Shown: positions 23,338-32,207, counted from the stretch's first letter. The stretch is DNA of 40,000 bases from Spirochaetota bacterium (GCA_026398635.1 JAPLSM010000037.1:1-40000), one strand, 5' to 3'. The notes: a model not told the origin generated them from the letters alone. A program made the numbers and translations.

Positions 23338-24211
23338 CGGGCGCGCAGTCCCAGAAGGCCTTCACCAGGGGCGTGGAAAGACGCCGTCGGTGGGCGCACA
23401 GCCCCACGATGTAGGGCTCGAGAACCGGCTCGACGTCGAGCACCCGGGCCTCCCCCTTCTCGGCGAACCGGTCCAGCACCAGGCGGGGCACGATGCCGAC
23501 GCCGCAGCCCAGCCGCACCATGGAGACCACGGCCTCGTGGCCGGACACTTCGGCGTAGACGCTCGGCCTGATCCCCCGTCCGCGGAACCACGCGTCGGCA
23601 CGCCTGCGCGAGAGGCCCGCAGCGGAGAGGATCATCGGAACCCGGGCCCAGGGGATCGGCGACCGGGCTGTCAGTTCGGCTGCCTCGCAGGCGATCGTCG
23701 GAGCGGCGAACAGCAGGGGGGAGACCGCTATCGTCCGGAAGGCGAGACCCCGGGCGAGCGTGGCGGGCCGGGCGGCCACGGCCACATCCGCGAGACCGCT
23801 CTGTACCCGCTCCAGCGCACGAGCCGGGTCGCCAGTCTCGACGCGCAGGTGGATGCCCGGGTGCTGCCGGCGGAACGTTCCGATCAATCCGGCGAGCACG
23901 GTGTACGAGGCGGCCACGGAGCAGTACACCGACAGCTCGCCCCGAAGGGTCTCGCGCGAGTCGGCGAGCGACGCGCGGAAGCTCTCCCAACCGTCGAGCA
24001 GCTCCCGGGCGTAGCGCCGCAAGGCACGGCCCGCGGGGGTCGGCTCCACGGCCCGGGTGTCGCGCACGAATAAACGCTCCCCCACTTCCTCCTCCAGCCG
24101 GCGGATGGCCCGGCTGAGGGCAGAAGGACTGAGGTTCACCTCCCGGCCTGCCCGGCCGAAATGGAGGTTCGACGAGACGGAGAGGAAAGCCCGGAGATCA
24201 TGCTGATCCAT
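23318..24211 (-). CDS. LysR-family transcriptional regulator, divergent from ilvC (IlvY-like arrangement)
   Basis: MDQHDLRAFLSVSSNLHFGRAGREVNLSPSALSRAIRRLEEEVGERLFVR is a LysR HTH, followed by a substrate-binding domain. 297 aa from the ATG at 24211. Confidence 0.85.
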   Translation of the reverse strand: MDQHDLRAFLSVSSNLHFGRAGREVNLSPSALSRAIRRLEEEVGERLFVRDTRAVEPTPAGRALRRYARELLDGWESFRASLADSRETLRGELSVYCSVAASYTVLAGLIGTFRRQHPGIHLRVETGDPARALERVQSGLADVAVAARPATLARGLAFRTIAVSPLLFAAPTIACEAAELTARSPIPWARVPMILSAAGLSRRRADAWFRGRGIRPSVYAEVSGHEAVVSMVRLGCGVGIVPRLVLDRFAEKGEARVLDVEPVLEPYIVGLCAHRRRLSTPLVKAFWDCAPASSPGS

Positions 24212-24221
24212 TGAGACTCCC

Positions 24222-24238
24222 GTTGCGTTTTCCGCAAC
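24222..24238. promoter_or_regulatory. LysR-type (T-N11-A-like) inverted repeat in the divergent control region
   Basis: GTTGCG-ttttc-CGCAAC is a perfect 6-bp inverted repeat 11 nt upstream of the regulator ATG and about 175 nt upstream of ilvC. Confidence 0.5.
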
Positions 24239-24411
24239 AGTATATGGCGAAAATATCACTTTCATCAACGCCGGAAACGGTGCATACTCGGCGCACGGGA
24301 TGCGACCCCCGTGCCGGGCGCCAATCGCGGGGCGCCATCCGCGGGGCTCCTGCCCGCGGGCCCGCACGGTCCGGCCGGAGCCCGGGCGCACCTGCAGCGA
24401 AGGAGTGTCAC

Positions 24412-25467
24412 ATGGCTACAATCGATTTTGGCGGCGTGGTGGAAGAGGTGGTCACCCGGGACGAGTTCCCGCTCGAGAAGGCCCGGCAGGTTCTGAAGAA
24501 CGAGACCATCGCGGTGATCGGCTATGGGGTGCAGGGCCCGGCACAGTCGCAGAACATGCGCGACAATGGATTTCCGGTCATCATCGGGCAGGCCCCGGAG
24601 TTCAAGCGGGAGTGGGACAAGGCGATCAAGGACGGCTGGGTGCCCGGGAAGACTCTGTTCCCCATCGAGGAGGCGGCTCGCAAGGCCACGGTCATCCAGT
24701 ACCTCGTGTCCGACGCAGCCCAGAAGGCGGTCTGGCCCGCGCTGAAGGCGTGTCTGAAGGAGGGCGACGCCCTCTACTTCTCCCACGGGTTCTCCATCGT
24801 CTACAAGGACCAGACCGGGGTCGTGCCCCCGAAGAACGTAGACGTCATCCTCGTGGCGCCCAAGGGTTCGGGCGCGAGCGTGCGCTCGAACTTCCTCGCG
24901 AAAAGCGGCATCAACGCCAGCTACGCCGTATTCCAGGATCACACGGGCCGGGCGCGCGAGCGCACCCTGGCGCTCGGCATCGCCATCGGATCGGGGTACC
25001 TCTTCCCGACCACCTTCGAGCAGGAGGTCTACAGCGACCTCACGGGCGAGCGCGGCATCCTGATGGGCGCACTGGCCGGCGTGATGGAGGCGCAGTACGA
25101 CGTGCTGCGGTCCCACGGCCACACCCCCAGCGAGGCGTTCAACGAGACCGTGGAGGAACTGACCCAGAGCCTCATCCGGCTCGTGGCCGACAAGGGCATG
25201 GACTGGATGTACGCGAACACCAGCACCACGGCCCAGCGCGGGGCCCTGGACTGGAAGCCCCGGTTCAAGGCCGCGACCCTGCCGGTGTTCAAGGACCTGT
25301 ACGAAAAGGTGAAGTCCGGACACGAGACCGAGATCGTGCTGCGCGTGAACAGCGCGAGCGACTACCGTGAAAAACTGGAAGCGGAGCTCAAGGTCATCCG
25401 CGAGTCCGAGATGTGGCGGGCCGGGGCAGCCGTGCGCTCGCTGCGGCCCGAGAACTGGAAAAAGTAA
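24412..25467 (+). CDS. ilvC: Ketol-acid reductoisomerase
   Basis: MATIDFGG..., [21 protein letters not shown] (Rossmann), ...SHGFSI..., ...VAPKGSG..., ...[17 protein letters not shown]... AAGGAG Shine-Dalgarno at 24400-24405. 351 aa. Confidence 0.92.
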   Translation: MATIDFGGVVEEVVTRDEFPLEKARQVLKNETIAVIGYGVQGPAQSQNMRDNGFPVIIGQAPEFKREWDKAIKDGWVPGKTLFPIEEAARKATVIQYLVSDAAQKAVWPALKACLKEGDALYFSHGFSIVYKDQTGVVPPKNVDVILVAPKGSGASVRSNFLAKSGINASYAVFQDHTGRARERTLALGIAIGSGYLFPTTFEQEVYSDLTGERGILMGALAGVMEAQYDVLRSHGHTPSEAFNETVEELTQSLIRLVADKGMDWMYANTSTTAQRGALDWKPRFKAATLPVFKDLYEKVKSGHETEIVLRVNSASDYREKLEAELKVIRESEMWRAGAAVRSLRPENWKK

Positions 25468-25478
25468 CGGAGGCGTCC

Positions 25479-27308
25479 ATGAAGGTCCCGCTGCGCAGCG
25501 CAGTCACCCTCGAGGGCCGGCGCATGGCCGGTGCCCGCAGCCTCTGGCGGGCCAACGGCATGCGCGAAGAGCACCGGGGCCGGCCCGTGATCGCGGTGGC
25601 CAACTCGTTCACCCAGCTCGTGCCGGGCCACGTGCACCTGCACGACGTCGGCCAGCGGGTGAAGGCCGCGATCGAGGCCTCGGGGTGCTTCGCCGCGGAG
25701 TTCGACACCATCGCGATCGACGACGGAATCGCCATGGGCCACGACGGCATGCTCTACTCGCTGCCGTCGCGCGAGCTCATCGCGGACAGCGTCGAGTACA
25801 TGGCCAACGCCCACCGGGTGGACGCGCTGGTCTGCATATCGAACTGCGACAAGATCACCCCCGGCATGCTGATGGCCGCCATGCGCCTGAACATCCCCGC
25901 GATCTTCGTCTCGGGCGGGCCCATGGAGGCCGGAGTGCGGGACGGCCGGCGCTACGACCTCGTGGACGCGATGGTAGCCGGCGCGGACGACTCGGTGAGC
26001 GACACGGAGGCGGCGGCCATCGAGGAGGCGGCATGTCCCACGTGCGGGTGCTGCTCGGGCATGTTCACCGCCAACTCCATGAACTGCCTCACCGAGGCGC
26101 TCGGCATGGCCCTGCCGGGCAATGGCACGGTGGTCGCCACGCACGCGAACCGGCTCGCCCTCTTCGACGCCGCGGCCCGCCGGATCGTCGAGATGGCCGA
26201 CCGGTGGTACGGGAACGGCGACGCCTCGGTGCTCCCGCGCTCGATCGCCTCGAGGTCCGCCTTCATGAACGCCATGGCCCTCGACATCGCCATGGGCGGC
26301 TCGACCAACACTGTGCTGCACCTGCTGGCTATCGCGCGCGAGGCGCGCGTCGACTTCACCATGGCCGATATCGACGGTCTGTCGCGCCGCATCCCCTGCC
26401 TCTGCAAGGTGGCGCCCTCGTCGTCATACCACGTCGAAGACGTGAACCGGGCGGGCGGGATCCACGGCATCCTCGGGGAGCTCGCCCGGGCCGGCTTGCT
26501 CGACACCACGGTGAAGCGCGCGGACGGCCTCACCCTGAAGCAGGCGCTCGCGGCCTGGGATATCCGCTCGCCGTCGGCCACCGAGGCTGCCCGCGAGCTG
26601 CACCGCAGCGCCCCCGGGGGGAAGCGGTCGCTCGTGATGGGCTCTCAGTCCGCCTCGTGGCCTTCGCTGGACACGGACCGAGCGAGGGGATGCATCCGGG
26701 ACGTCGCGCACGCCTACCAGGCCGACGGCGGCCTCGCCGTGCTCAAGGGCAATCTCGCGGAGCGCGGGTGCATCGTGAAGACCGCGGGGGTGGATCCCTC
26801 GATGCACCGGTTCCGTGGCCCGGCCCGGGTGTTCTTCTCGCAGGAGGCTGCCTCCGACGGGATCCTCGGCGGCACGGTGAAGGCCGGCGACGTGGTGGTC
26901 ATCCGCTACGAGGGTCCGCGCGGCGGGCCCGGCATGCAGGAGATGCTCTACCCGACCTCGTACCTCAAGGCCCGGCACCTCGGCGCCGCGTGCGCCCTGG
27001 TCACCGACGGGCGGTTCTCGGGCGGCACTTCCGGCCTGTCGATCGGACACGTGTCGCCGGAAGCTGCCGGGGGCGGCGCCATCGCGCTCGTGAAGGACGG
27101 CGATGCCATCGCCATCGACATCCCCGCGCGCACCATCAGCCTCGAGGTGCCGGTCGAAGAGCTGAACCGGCGTCGCCGCGAGGAGGAGGCACTGGGCACG
27201 GAGGCCTTCACGCCGCGCGGACGCAAGCGCGAGGTGTCCGAGGCGCTGAAGATCTACGCGCTGCTCGCCTCGTCGGCTGACACGGGCGCGGTGCGGCGGC
27301 TGCCCTAG
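25479..27308 (+). CDS. ilvD: Dihydroxy-acid dehydratase
   Basis: [113 protein letters not shown]. 609 aa, with a GGAGG Shine-Dalgarno. Confidence 0.93.
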   Translation: MKVPLRSAVTLEGRRMAGARSLWRANGMREEHRGRPVIAVANSFTQLVPGHVHLHDVGQRVKAAIEASGCFAAEFDTIAIDDGIAMGHDGMLYSLPSRELIADSVEYMANAHRVDALVCISNCDKITPGMLMAAMRLNIPAIFVSGGPMEAGVRDGRRYDLVDAMVAGADDSVSDTEAAAIEEAACPTCGCCSGMFTANSMNCLTEALGMALPGNGTVVATHANRLALFDAAARRIVEMADRWYGNGDASVLPRSIASRSAFMNAMALDIAMGGSTNTVLHLLAIAREARVDFTMADIDGLSRRIPCLCKVAPSSSYHVEDVNRAGGIHGILGELARAGLLDTTVKRADGLTLKQALAAWDIRSPSATEAARELHRSAPGGKRSLVMGSQSASWPSLDTDRARGCIRDVAHAYQADGGLAVLKGNLAERGCIVKTAGVDPSMHRFRGPARVFFSQEAASDGILGGTVKAGDVVVIRYEGPRGGPGMQEMLYPTSYLKARHLGAACALVTDGRFSGGTSGLSIGHVSPEAAGGGAIALVKDGDAIAIDIPARTISLEVPVEELNRRRREEEALGTEAFTPRGRKREVSEALKIYALLASSADTGAVRRLP

Positions 27309-27410
27309 ACATGGATGTCGTAGCCGCGCCGTAGCCATGGGCTCTCGCCACGCTGCGCGTGGCTGCCGCCCTAGGGACGGCGATCAGGCGCGGCGTAGCG
27401 CGGTCGCCAC
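27309..27410. repeat. Intergenic palindromic repeat, long member (copy B)
   Basis: GACATGGATGTC hairpin module, then the terminal inverted repeat GCCGCGCC (27323-30)/GGCGCGGC (27387-94). That repeat encloses GTAGCCATGGGCTCTC, the hairpin GCCACGC-tgc-GCGTGGC, and GCCGCCCTAGGGACGGCG. The element fills the whole gap between the convergent ilvD and crp-like stops. Confidence 0.75.
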
Positions 27411-28121
27411 TCATACCCCCGGACCGGCCGCGGTCCCCCATCCCTTCCAGAACCCCTTGCGGAGCCTGAGCCGGACGCCCTCCCACTCGAGGGTACCCTC
27501 GTCGCGCAGCTTGAGCAGCATCCGGGAGAGCGTCTCGGGCAGCGCATCTATCGCAGCCGCCACGTCGCGCTTGGAGAGGTCCACCGCGTACTCCTCTCGC
27601 TCGCCCCAGTGGTCCCGCAGGAACGAGAAGAACCGGGCTTCCACATCGAGGGCTGCGAGACGGTAGACCCGGTCGGCGAGGTAGCGCTGCTTGGCGAGCA
27701 GGTTGCCGATGAACTCCCTGCGGAAGCCGGGCTGCTCCAGCAGGCAGTGGAACTGCCGAGTCGGCAGAAGGAAGACCTCGGAGGGTACGAGGGCGACAGC
27801 GCTCACGGGGTAATCGTCGCGCTCGAAGAGCACCGCTTCGGCAAACAGTTCGCCCGGCTTCATCAGCCTGATCACCACCTCCCGGCCGTCTTCGGAGGTC
27901 CTGAAGAGCTGGATCGTGCCCTGGGCGAGGAGGTACATGGCGCTTCCCTCGTCTCCTTCGTGGAAAAGCGTCTCGCGCCTCCCCAGCACCTTGGGAATGC
28001 AGATCCTGGCGAGCTGGAGCTTGCTCGCGCTCGAAAGCGGACTGAAGGAGGCGGACTCATCGATGATCCGGTACGCGTCCACGGTTCCCCCAATGTAGCG
28101 GTAGAACCGGGCCGTGCCCAC
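27411..28121 (-). CDS. Crp/Fnr-family transcriptional regulator
   Basis: cNMP-binding-like beta-barrel (LFHEGDEGSAMYLLAQGTIQLFRTSEDGREVVIRLMKPGELFAE) and a C-terminal HTH (SKRDVAAAIDALPETLSRMLLKLRDEG). No N-terminal Cys cluster. The start may be an internal GTG. Confidence 0.85.
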   Translation of the reverse strand: MGTARFYRYIGGTVDAYRIIDESASFSPLSSASKLQLARICIPKVLGRRETLFHEGDEGSAMYLLAQGTIQLFRTSEDGREVVIRLMKPGELFAEAVLFERDDYPVSAVALVPSEVFLLPTRQFHCLLEQPGFRREFIGNLLAKQRYLADRVYRLAALDVEARFFSFLRDHWGEREEYAVDLSKRDVAAAIDALPETLSRMLLKLRDEGTLEWEGVRLRLRKGFWKGWGTAAGPGV

Positions 28122-28221
28122 TCCTCCCTGCAGACTCCGATGCGGAGGGGTTCATCGACACTTTCGGCGCCAAGGGCACCTTCGTGGCCGCAGAGAACCC
28201 GCGGTTCCGCCCGCGGCGGTC

Positions 28222-28235
28222 TTGACGCAGGTCAA
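28222..28235. promoter_or_regulatory. Crp/Fnr-type palindromic box
   Basis: TTGAC-gcag-GTCAA is a perfect 5+5 palindrome with a 4-nt spacer (compare the FNR consensus TTGAT-N4-ATCAA). Its centre is 41.5 nt upstream of the A of the ATG at 28270. TACCTT (28258-63) is in a -10 position. Confidence 0.6.
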
Positions 28236-28269
28236 GGCGGCTGTGTGCACGATTCGCTACCTTTGTGCC

Positions 28270-29151
28270 ATGAGCACGCGGAAGATCATCGAGATCGACG
28301 ACGACAAGTGCACGGGCTGCGGCCTGTGCATCCCCAACTGCCCGGAGGGTGCCCTCCAGATCATCGACGGTAAGGTGCGGCTCGTCAGCGACCTGTTCTG
28401 CGACGGGCTCGGCGCCTGTATCGGGTACTGCCCCGAAGCGGCTATCCGCGTGGTCGAGCGCGAGGCCGAGCCGTACGACGAGCGGAAGGTGATGACGAAC
28501 ATCGCCCGGCAGGGCGCCAACACCGTCCAAGCCCACCTCGAGCACCTGCGGGAGCACGGCGAAGAGGAGCTTCTCGGACAGGCGCTCGGCTGGATGGCGG
28601 ACAACGGCGTGCCGGTGCCCGAGGGATTCGGGAAGGAGAAGGCGATGGAACATGACGACCACGGACACCAGGGCTGCCCGGGCGCCCGGGCCATGGCACT
28701 GAAACCCGAGACCGGTACCGCCGCAGGGAAGGCCCCCGCGGCATCCGGCGCTGTGTCGGCGCGCCCCTCGGAGCTCGCGAACTGGCCGGTGCAGCTGCAC
28801 CTGCTGTCGCCCATGGCGCCCCAGTTCAGGGGCCGGGACCTACTCCTCGCAGCCGACTGCACCGCCTTCGCCATGGGCTCGTTCCACGAACGCTTCTTGT
28901 CGGGGAAGGTGCTCGCGATCGCATGCCCCAAGCTGGACGAGGGCGCCGACGTCTACCGGGAGAAGCTCACGGCCCTGGTCGACCACGCGCAGATCAACAC
29001 TCTGACCGTGGTCATCATGGAAGTGCCCTGCTGCCGCGGCCTCGTGGCCTTGGCCCAGGAGGCGGTCGCCCGGGCAAAGCGCAAGGTGCCGGTGAAGTCC
29101 GTGGTCATCGGCATCAAGGACGGGGCGATCCTCTCCGAGCAGTGGGTGTAG
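28270..29151 (+). CDS. 4Fe-4S dicluster ferredoxin-domain protein with a conserved Cys-containing C-terminal domain
   Basis: CTGCGLCIPNCPEGAL and CDGLGACIGYCPEAAI are two ferredoxin-type clusters. The C-terminal half has ADCTAFA...IACPKLD...MEVPCCRGL. Start at MSTRKIIEIDDDKC within ORF 28114..29151. Confidence 0.75.
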   Translation: MSTRKIIEIDDDKCTGCGLCIPNCPEGALQIIDGKVRLVSDLFCDGLGACIGYCPEAAIRVVEREAEPYDERKVMTNIARQGANTVQAHLEHLREHGEEELLGQALGWMADNGVPVPEGFGKEKAMEHDDHGHQGCPGARAMALKPETGTAAGKAPAASGAVSARPSELANWPVQLHLLSPMAPQFRGRDLLLAADCTAFAMGSFHERFLSGKVLAIACPKLDEGADVYREKLTALVDHAQINTLTVVIMEVPCCRGLVALAQEAVARAKRKVPVKSVVIGIKDGAILSEQWV

Positions 29152-29192
29152 GCGGCGCTCCCGTGACCCCTTGGCTCACTGCCGCGCCAAGA

Positions 29193-29258
29193 GGCAACCG
29201 CACCGCCCCTAGGGCGGGCAACTGTACCGCCCCTAGGGCGGGCAACCGTACCGCCCCT
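29193..29258. repeat. Tandem direct repeat, 24-nt unit x 2.75
   Basis: GGCAACCGCACCGCCCCTAGGGCG / GGCAACTGTACCGCCCCTAGGGCG / GGCAACCGTACCGCCCCT. Each unit holds the hairpin CCGCCC-cta-GGGCGG. The array lies between convergent stops at 29151 and 29258. Confidence 0.85.
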
Positions 29259-30031
29259 CACTTCACCGCCACCGCCACCAGGTCGCCCGTGCCCGGTTCC
29301 CCGAAGGCCGCCCGGGCGAAGCTGCCGAAGCACTCGACAGCCTCGAAACCGGCCCGGGCGAGCGACCGCTCGAGCGTGGCTCGCTCGATGCCCCGAAGCG
29401 GCGTGGTCTTCGCGCCGCACGACCACGAGCCGCCAGCATTCCGCAGCGTGATGATCGTGAACGCCAGCCGGTCCGCGCCGAGGAAGTCGGTGATCCGCAG
29501 GAAGAGCGTCTCGCCGCCTGGTTCGCCTCGAGCCGTGATCGGCATGAAGCGAACACGCTCCGCGAGGACCCGGTCGTAGTTGCGGTCCTGGACCACGAGC
29601 ACGCCCCCGGCACGCAGCATCCGGGCCATGTCCGTCAGCGCCGCATCCAGAGCCCGGTCGTCCGCCAGGTGAGGCAGAGAGTTGCCAAGACAGGTGACCG
29701 CGTCGAAAGCGCCGATCTCGCCGGGGAAAGCGGCCGCGAAACCTCCAAAGGCCGCGACCGACCATGCCACGTTCACCCCCGCCGCGTGCGCGTGCTCCCT
29801 CGCCAGGTCGATCATCGCCGGGCTGATGTCCGCCGCAGCCGCGCGCAGGCCCCAGCGGGCGAACGCGACGGCGTGCATGCCCGTTCCGCACGCCGCGTCG
29901 AGCACGCTCGCCGCCCCATGGTCCGCAAACACCTTCCGGAAGAACGGCTCCTCGCGCCGAAGGCGTTCCTCCCATGAAATTAGCAGATCGTATTCGTCGC
30001 CGAGTGCGTCGTAGAACTCCCTGGCGTCCAC
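29258..30031 (-). CDS. Class I SAM-dependent methyltransferase
   Basis: SAM motif I VLDAACGTGMHAVAFA, post-I ADISPAMI, and motif II/III FDAVTCLGNSLPHL...LRAGGVLVV. The GTG start lies 2 nt after the GNAT stop. 257 aa (last part of ORF 29258..30598). Confidence 0.8.
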   Translation of the reverse strand: MDAREFYDALGDEYDLLISWEERLRREEPFFRKVFADHGAASVLDAACGTGMHAVAFARWGLRAAAADISPAMIDLAREHAHAAGVNVAWSVAAFGGFAAAFPGEIGAFDAVTCLGNSLPHLADDRALDAALTDMARMLRAGGVLVVQDRNYDRVLAERVRFMPITARGEPGGETLFLRITDFLGADRLAFTIITLRNAGGSWSCGAKTTPLRGIERATLERSLARAGFEAVECFGSFARAAFGEPGTGDLVAVAVK

Positions 30032-30033
30032 CG

Positions 30034-30576
30034 TCAGGTCCCCTCCCCGGCGGCACGCTGCCCTGCCCGCCACTCGTCCTCGAGCATACTCATCAGCAAG
30101 CTGGTCAGGTACCGGTCCCCCAGCCTCCGGTAGTCGCGCAGCCGCCCCTCGTGCCGGAACCCGAGCCCCTCGTAGCACGCGATGGCGGGCGCGTTGAAGT
30201 CGAACACGAACAGGTCGACCCGGTGCAGGTGCATCTCGTCGAAGGCGACCGCGAGCAGCCGGCGCACCATGGCCGCGCCGGTGCCCCGGCCCCTGAGGCC
30301 CGGCCGCACGAGTACCCGGGAGAGGGTGGCCGAGCCGTGCGTCCGCTCGATCGCGTTGAGCTCCACGTGGCCGACCACCTCGCCCGCGTCCACGGCCCGG
30401 TAGATTCTGCGGGCAGGCTCTGCCCCCTCCGCGGCCGCGAGGTACCGCTCGAGCTGCTGCCGGTCGAGCGGGAAGCGGAAGATCGGGCCCGCCCACTGGA
30501 TCAGCTCCTCCGCGGAGCCGATCCAGCCGATGAGCCGGTCGAAGTCCCCGCGCTCGAACGCCTCGAGCTCGACCAT
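30034..30576 (-). CDS. GNAT-family N-acetyltransferase
   Basis: 180 aa from MVELEAFERGDF. Acetyl-CoA motif A is RVLVRPGLRGRGTGAAMVRRLL; ...AIACYEGLGFRHEG follows. AGGAGG Shine-Dalgarno lies upstream. Confidence 0.8.
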   Translation of the reverse strand: MVELEAFERGDFDRLIGWIGSAEELIQWAGPIFRFPLDRQQLERYLAAAEGAEPARRIYRAVDAGEVVGHVELNAIERTHGSATLSRVLVRPGLRGRGTGAAMVRRLLAVAFDEMHLHRVDLFVFDFNAPAIACYEGLGFRHEGRLRDYRRLGDRYLTSLLMSMLEDEWRAGQRAAGEGT

Positions 30577-30615
30577 CCGTTGCCTCCTTCGCCTGCACAG
30601 TATATCCTGCGCCGC

Positions 30616-31749
30616 GTGAGCAGTCTCGTCTGGATCGAGCTCGACGCCCGGGCGCCCGGGCACAACCTCGCGGAGCTGCGCCGCGGCGCCGGCGCCGGGG
30701 CGCTCGCCTGCGCGGTCGTCAAGGCCAACGCCTACGGCCACGGCCTGGCGGAGATCGCGCGCCTGGTCCCGTCGGCGGATTGGTTCGGCGTCAATTCGTT
30801 CGAGGAGGGACTCGCGCTGCGGGCACTCGGCGAGACCCGGCCCGTGATCGTGCTCGGCCACGTGCCGGTGGCGCGCCTTCGCGACGCGGTGGACGCGGAC
30901 CTGAGCCTGACCGTGTTCAACCGCGAAACCGTCGAAGCGCTCGCCCGGCTCGCAGTGCTCCCGCGTCCCGCCCGGCTGCATGTCAAGGTCGAAACCGGCA
31001 CCGGGCGGCAGGGCGTGCTCGCCGCCGACCTCGAGGGATTCATCCGCCTGGTGCGCGCCACCCCGAACGCGGCCCTCGAAGGCCTGTCGACCCACTTCGC
31101 GAACATCGAGGACACGACGGACCATTCCTACGCCGATGCCCAGCTCGCCCGGTTCAGCGAAGCCCTGGAGACGGTGGACCGGCTGGGCGGCCGGCCGCCC
31201 ATCGTCCACACCGCCTGCACCGCCGCGGCCATCCTCTTCCCGAAGACCCACTTCACGATGCTGCGCACCGGCATCGGCCTGTACGGCCTCTGGCCCTCTC
31301 GCGAGACCCGGATCTCGGTACGCGAGCGCGGGGGACCCGTGCCCGACCTGCGCCCGGTGCTGTCCTGGAAAACCCGGCTCGTGCAGGTGAAGGAGCTGCC
31401 CGAGGCGAGCTACGTGGGCTACGGGTGCTCCTACCGCACCACCCGGCGGACCCGGGTCGGCGTGCTGCCGGTCGGCTACGCGGACGGGTACGACCGGGCG
31501 CTGGGCAACCGGGCGCACGTGCTCGTACGCGGCCGGCGCTCGCCGGTGATCGGCCGCATCTGCATGAACCTCTGCATGGTGGACGTCACCGACGTACCCG
31601 AGTCACGCCTCGACGACGAAGTGGTGCTGCTCGGCGCGGACGGCGACGAGCGCATCAGCGCCGAGACCCTTGCCGAGTGGGCGGGCACGATCAACTACGA
31701 GGTCGTCAGCCGCATCAGCCCGTTCCTGCCCCGGATCGTGCGTGGCTGA
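30616..31749 (+). CDS. alr: Alanine racemase
   Basis: PLP-Lys motif AVVKANAYGHG, plus ...HVKVETGTGRQG..., STHFANIED, ...RTGIGLYGL..., ...YGCSY...VGVLPVGYADGY..., ...GRICMNLCMVDV... GTG start at 30616. The 591-aa ORF 29974..31749 is mostly an antisense read-through of the GNAT gene. Confidence 0.88.
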   Translation: MSSLVWIELDARAPGHNLAELRRGAGAGALACAVVKANAYGHGLAEIARLVPSADWFGVNSFEEGLALRALGETRPVIVLGHVPVARLRDAVDADLSLTVFNRETVEALARLAVLPRPARLHVKVETGTGRQGVLAADLEGFIRLVRATPNAALEGLSTHFANIEDTTDHSYADAQLARFSEALETVDRLGGRPPIVHTACTAAAILFPKTHFTMLRTGIGLYGLWPSRETRISVRERGGPVPDLRPVLSWKTRLVQVKELPEASYVGYGCSYRTTRRTRVGVLPVGYADGYDRALGNRAHVLVRGRRSPVIGRICMNLCMVDVTDVPESRLDDEVVLLGADGDERISAETLAEWAGTINYEVVSRISPFLPRIVRG

Positions 31750-31796
31750 CCCCGGCGGCGGCCAGCTGCCGCGCCTTCCGTCCATCCATGAACTCT

Positions 31797-31832
31797 GGTC
31801 GGCCTGTCGCGCATCCATGCGCTCGGCCGACC
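31797..31832. repeat. Nested hairpin related to the repeat family (copy E)
   Basis: GGTCGGCC (31797-804)/GGCCGACC (31825-32) enclose GCGCATCCATGCGC (31809-22). That is the reverse-complement CATGGATG core with GCG/CGC flanks. A second CATCCATG lies at about 31783. Confidence 0.6.
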
Positions 31833-31931
31833 CTCGGCGTCCTTGCCGTGGCGCGGCTTGGACATCCTTGTCCGGGCGAATCCCTCCAGCCCGGGCCCGG
31901 TCCTGTCGACAATCCAATCAGGAGGCCCGAC

Positions 31932-32207
31932 ATGACGGACCTGAGCACGCTCCTCGCCCCGAAAGCCGGCGCAACCCTCGCCTGCCCCTTCGCCACGGGC
32001 TGCCATTTCCCCCGGCTCGCCGATCCGACGGCCTCCGACCGGGTGCTCCAGCAGGTTTACTGCGGCGCCGAGTGGAGCCAGTGCTCGGTCTTCTCCCTCC
32101 TGGTGCACGGTCACGATGTGTCCACCTGCCTGTGGCCCGACGGGGAGGTGAAGGCTGTCGAGGAACCGGTGACGGAGGGTAGAAGCCCCTTCAGCCGCCC
32201 CGGTTGA
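31932..32207 (+). CDS. Small Cys/His-rich hypothetical protein (91 aa)
   Basis: AGGAGG 7 nt upstream of the ATG; GC3-rich codons. Sequence: MTDLSTLLAPKAGATLACPFATGCHFPRL...VYCGAEWSQCSVFSLLVHGHDVSTCLWPDG... Read from the tail of ORF 30780..32207. Confidence 0.55.
   Translation: MTDLSTLLAPKAGATLACPFATGCHFPRLADPTASDRVLQQVYCGAEWSQCSVFSLLVHGHDVSTCLWPDGEVKAVEEPVTEGRSPFSRPG

Noticed and set aside
27208-27486. ORFs 27208..27486 (-) and 34121..34312 (+), which share the peptide PRLIAVPRAAATR(S/T)VAR(A/S)HGYGA, as a conserved small protein
   Set aside because: The shared segment is simply the translated intergenic repeat (copies B and C). The ORFs have no Shine-Dalgarno or consistent start, run into neighbouring genes on the opposite strand, and the other repeat copies do not keep the frame. 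The 3-of-5 synonymous pattern rests on too few differences.
29193-29258. Possible CRISPR array
   Set aside because: The 24-nt units are directly adjacent with no spacers, there are only 2.75 copies, and there are no cas genes in the window.
30580-30606. alr promoter TTGCCT...TATATC
   Set aside because: The spacer is only 15 nt and the -10 assignment is ambiguous, so it is too weak to report as a feature.
29974-30615. N-terminal 214-codon extension of the alr ORF. Analogous extensions occur in ORFs 10457..11752 (era), 19709..21511 (trmB), 17815..18846 (MBL), 34219..35799 (SBP) and 24211..25467 (ilvC).
   Set aside because: The extensions overlap well-supported genes on the other strand or in another frame and lack family similarity. 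Better starts exist, supported by a Shine-Dalgarno, GTGA coupling or leaderless promoter geometry.
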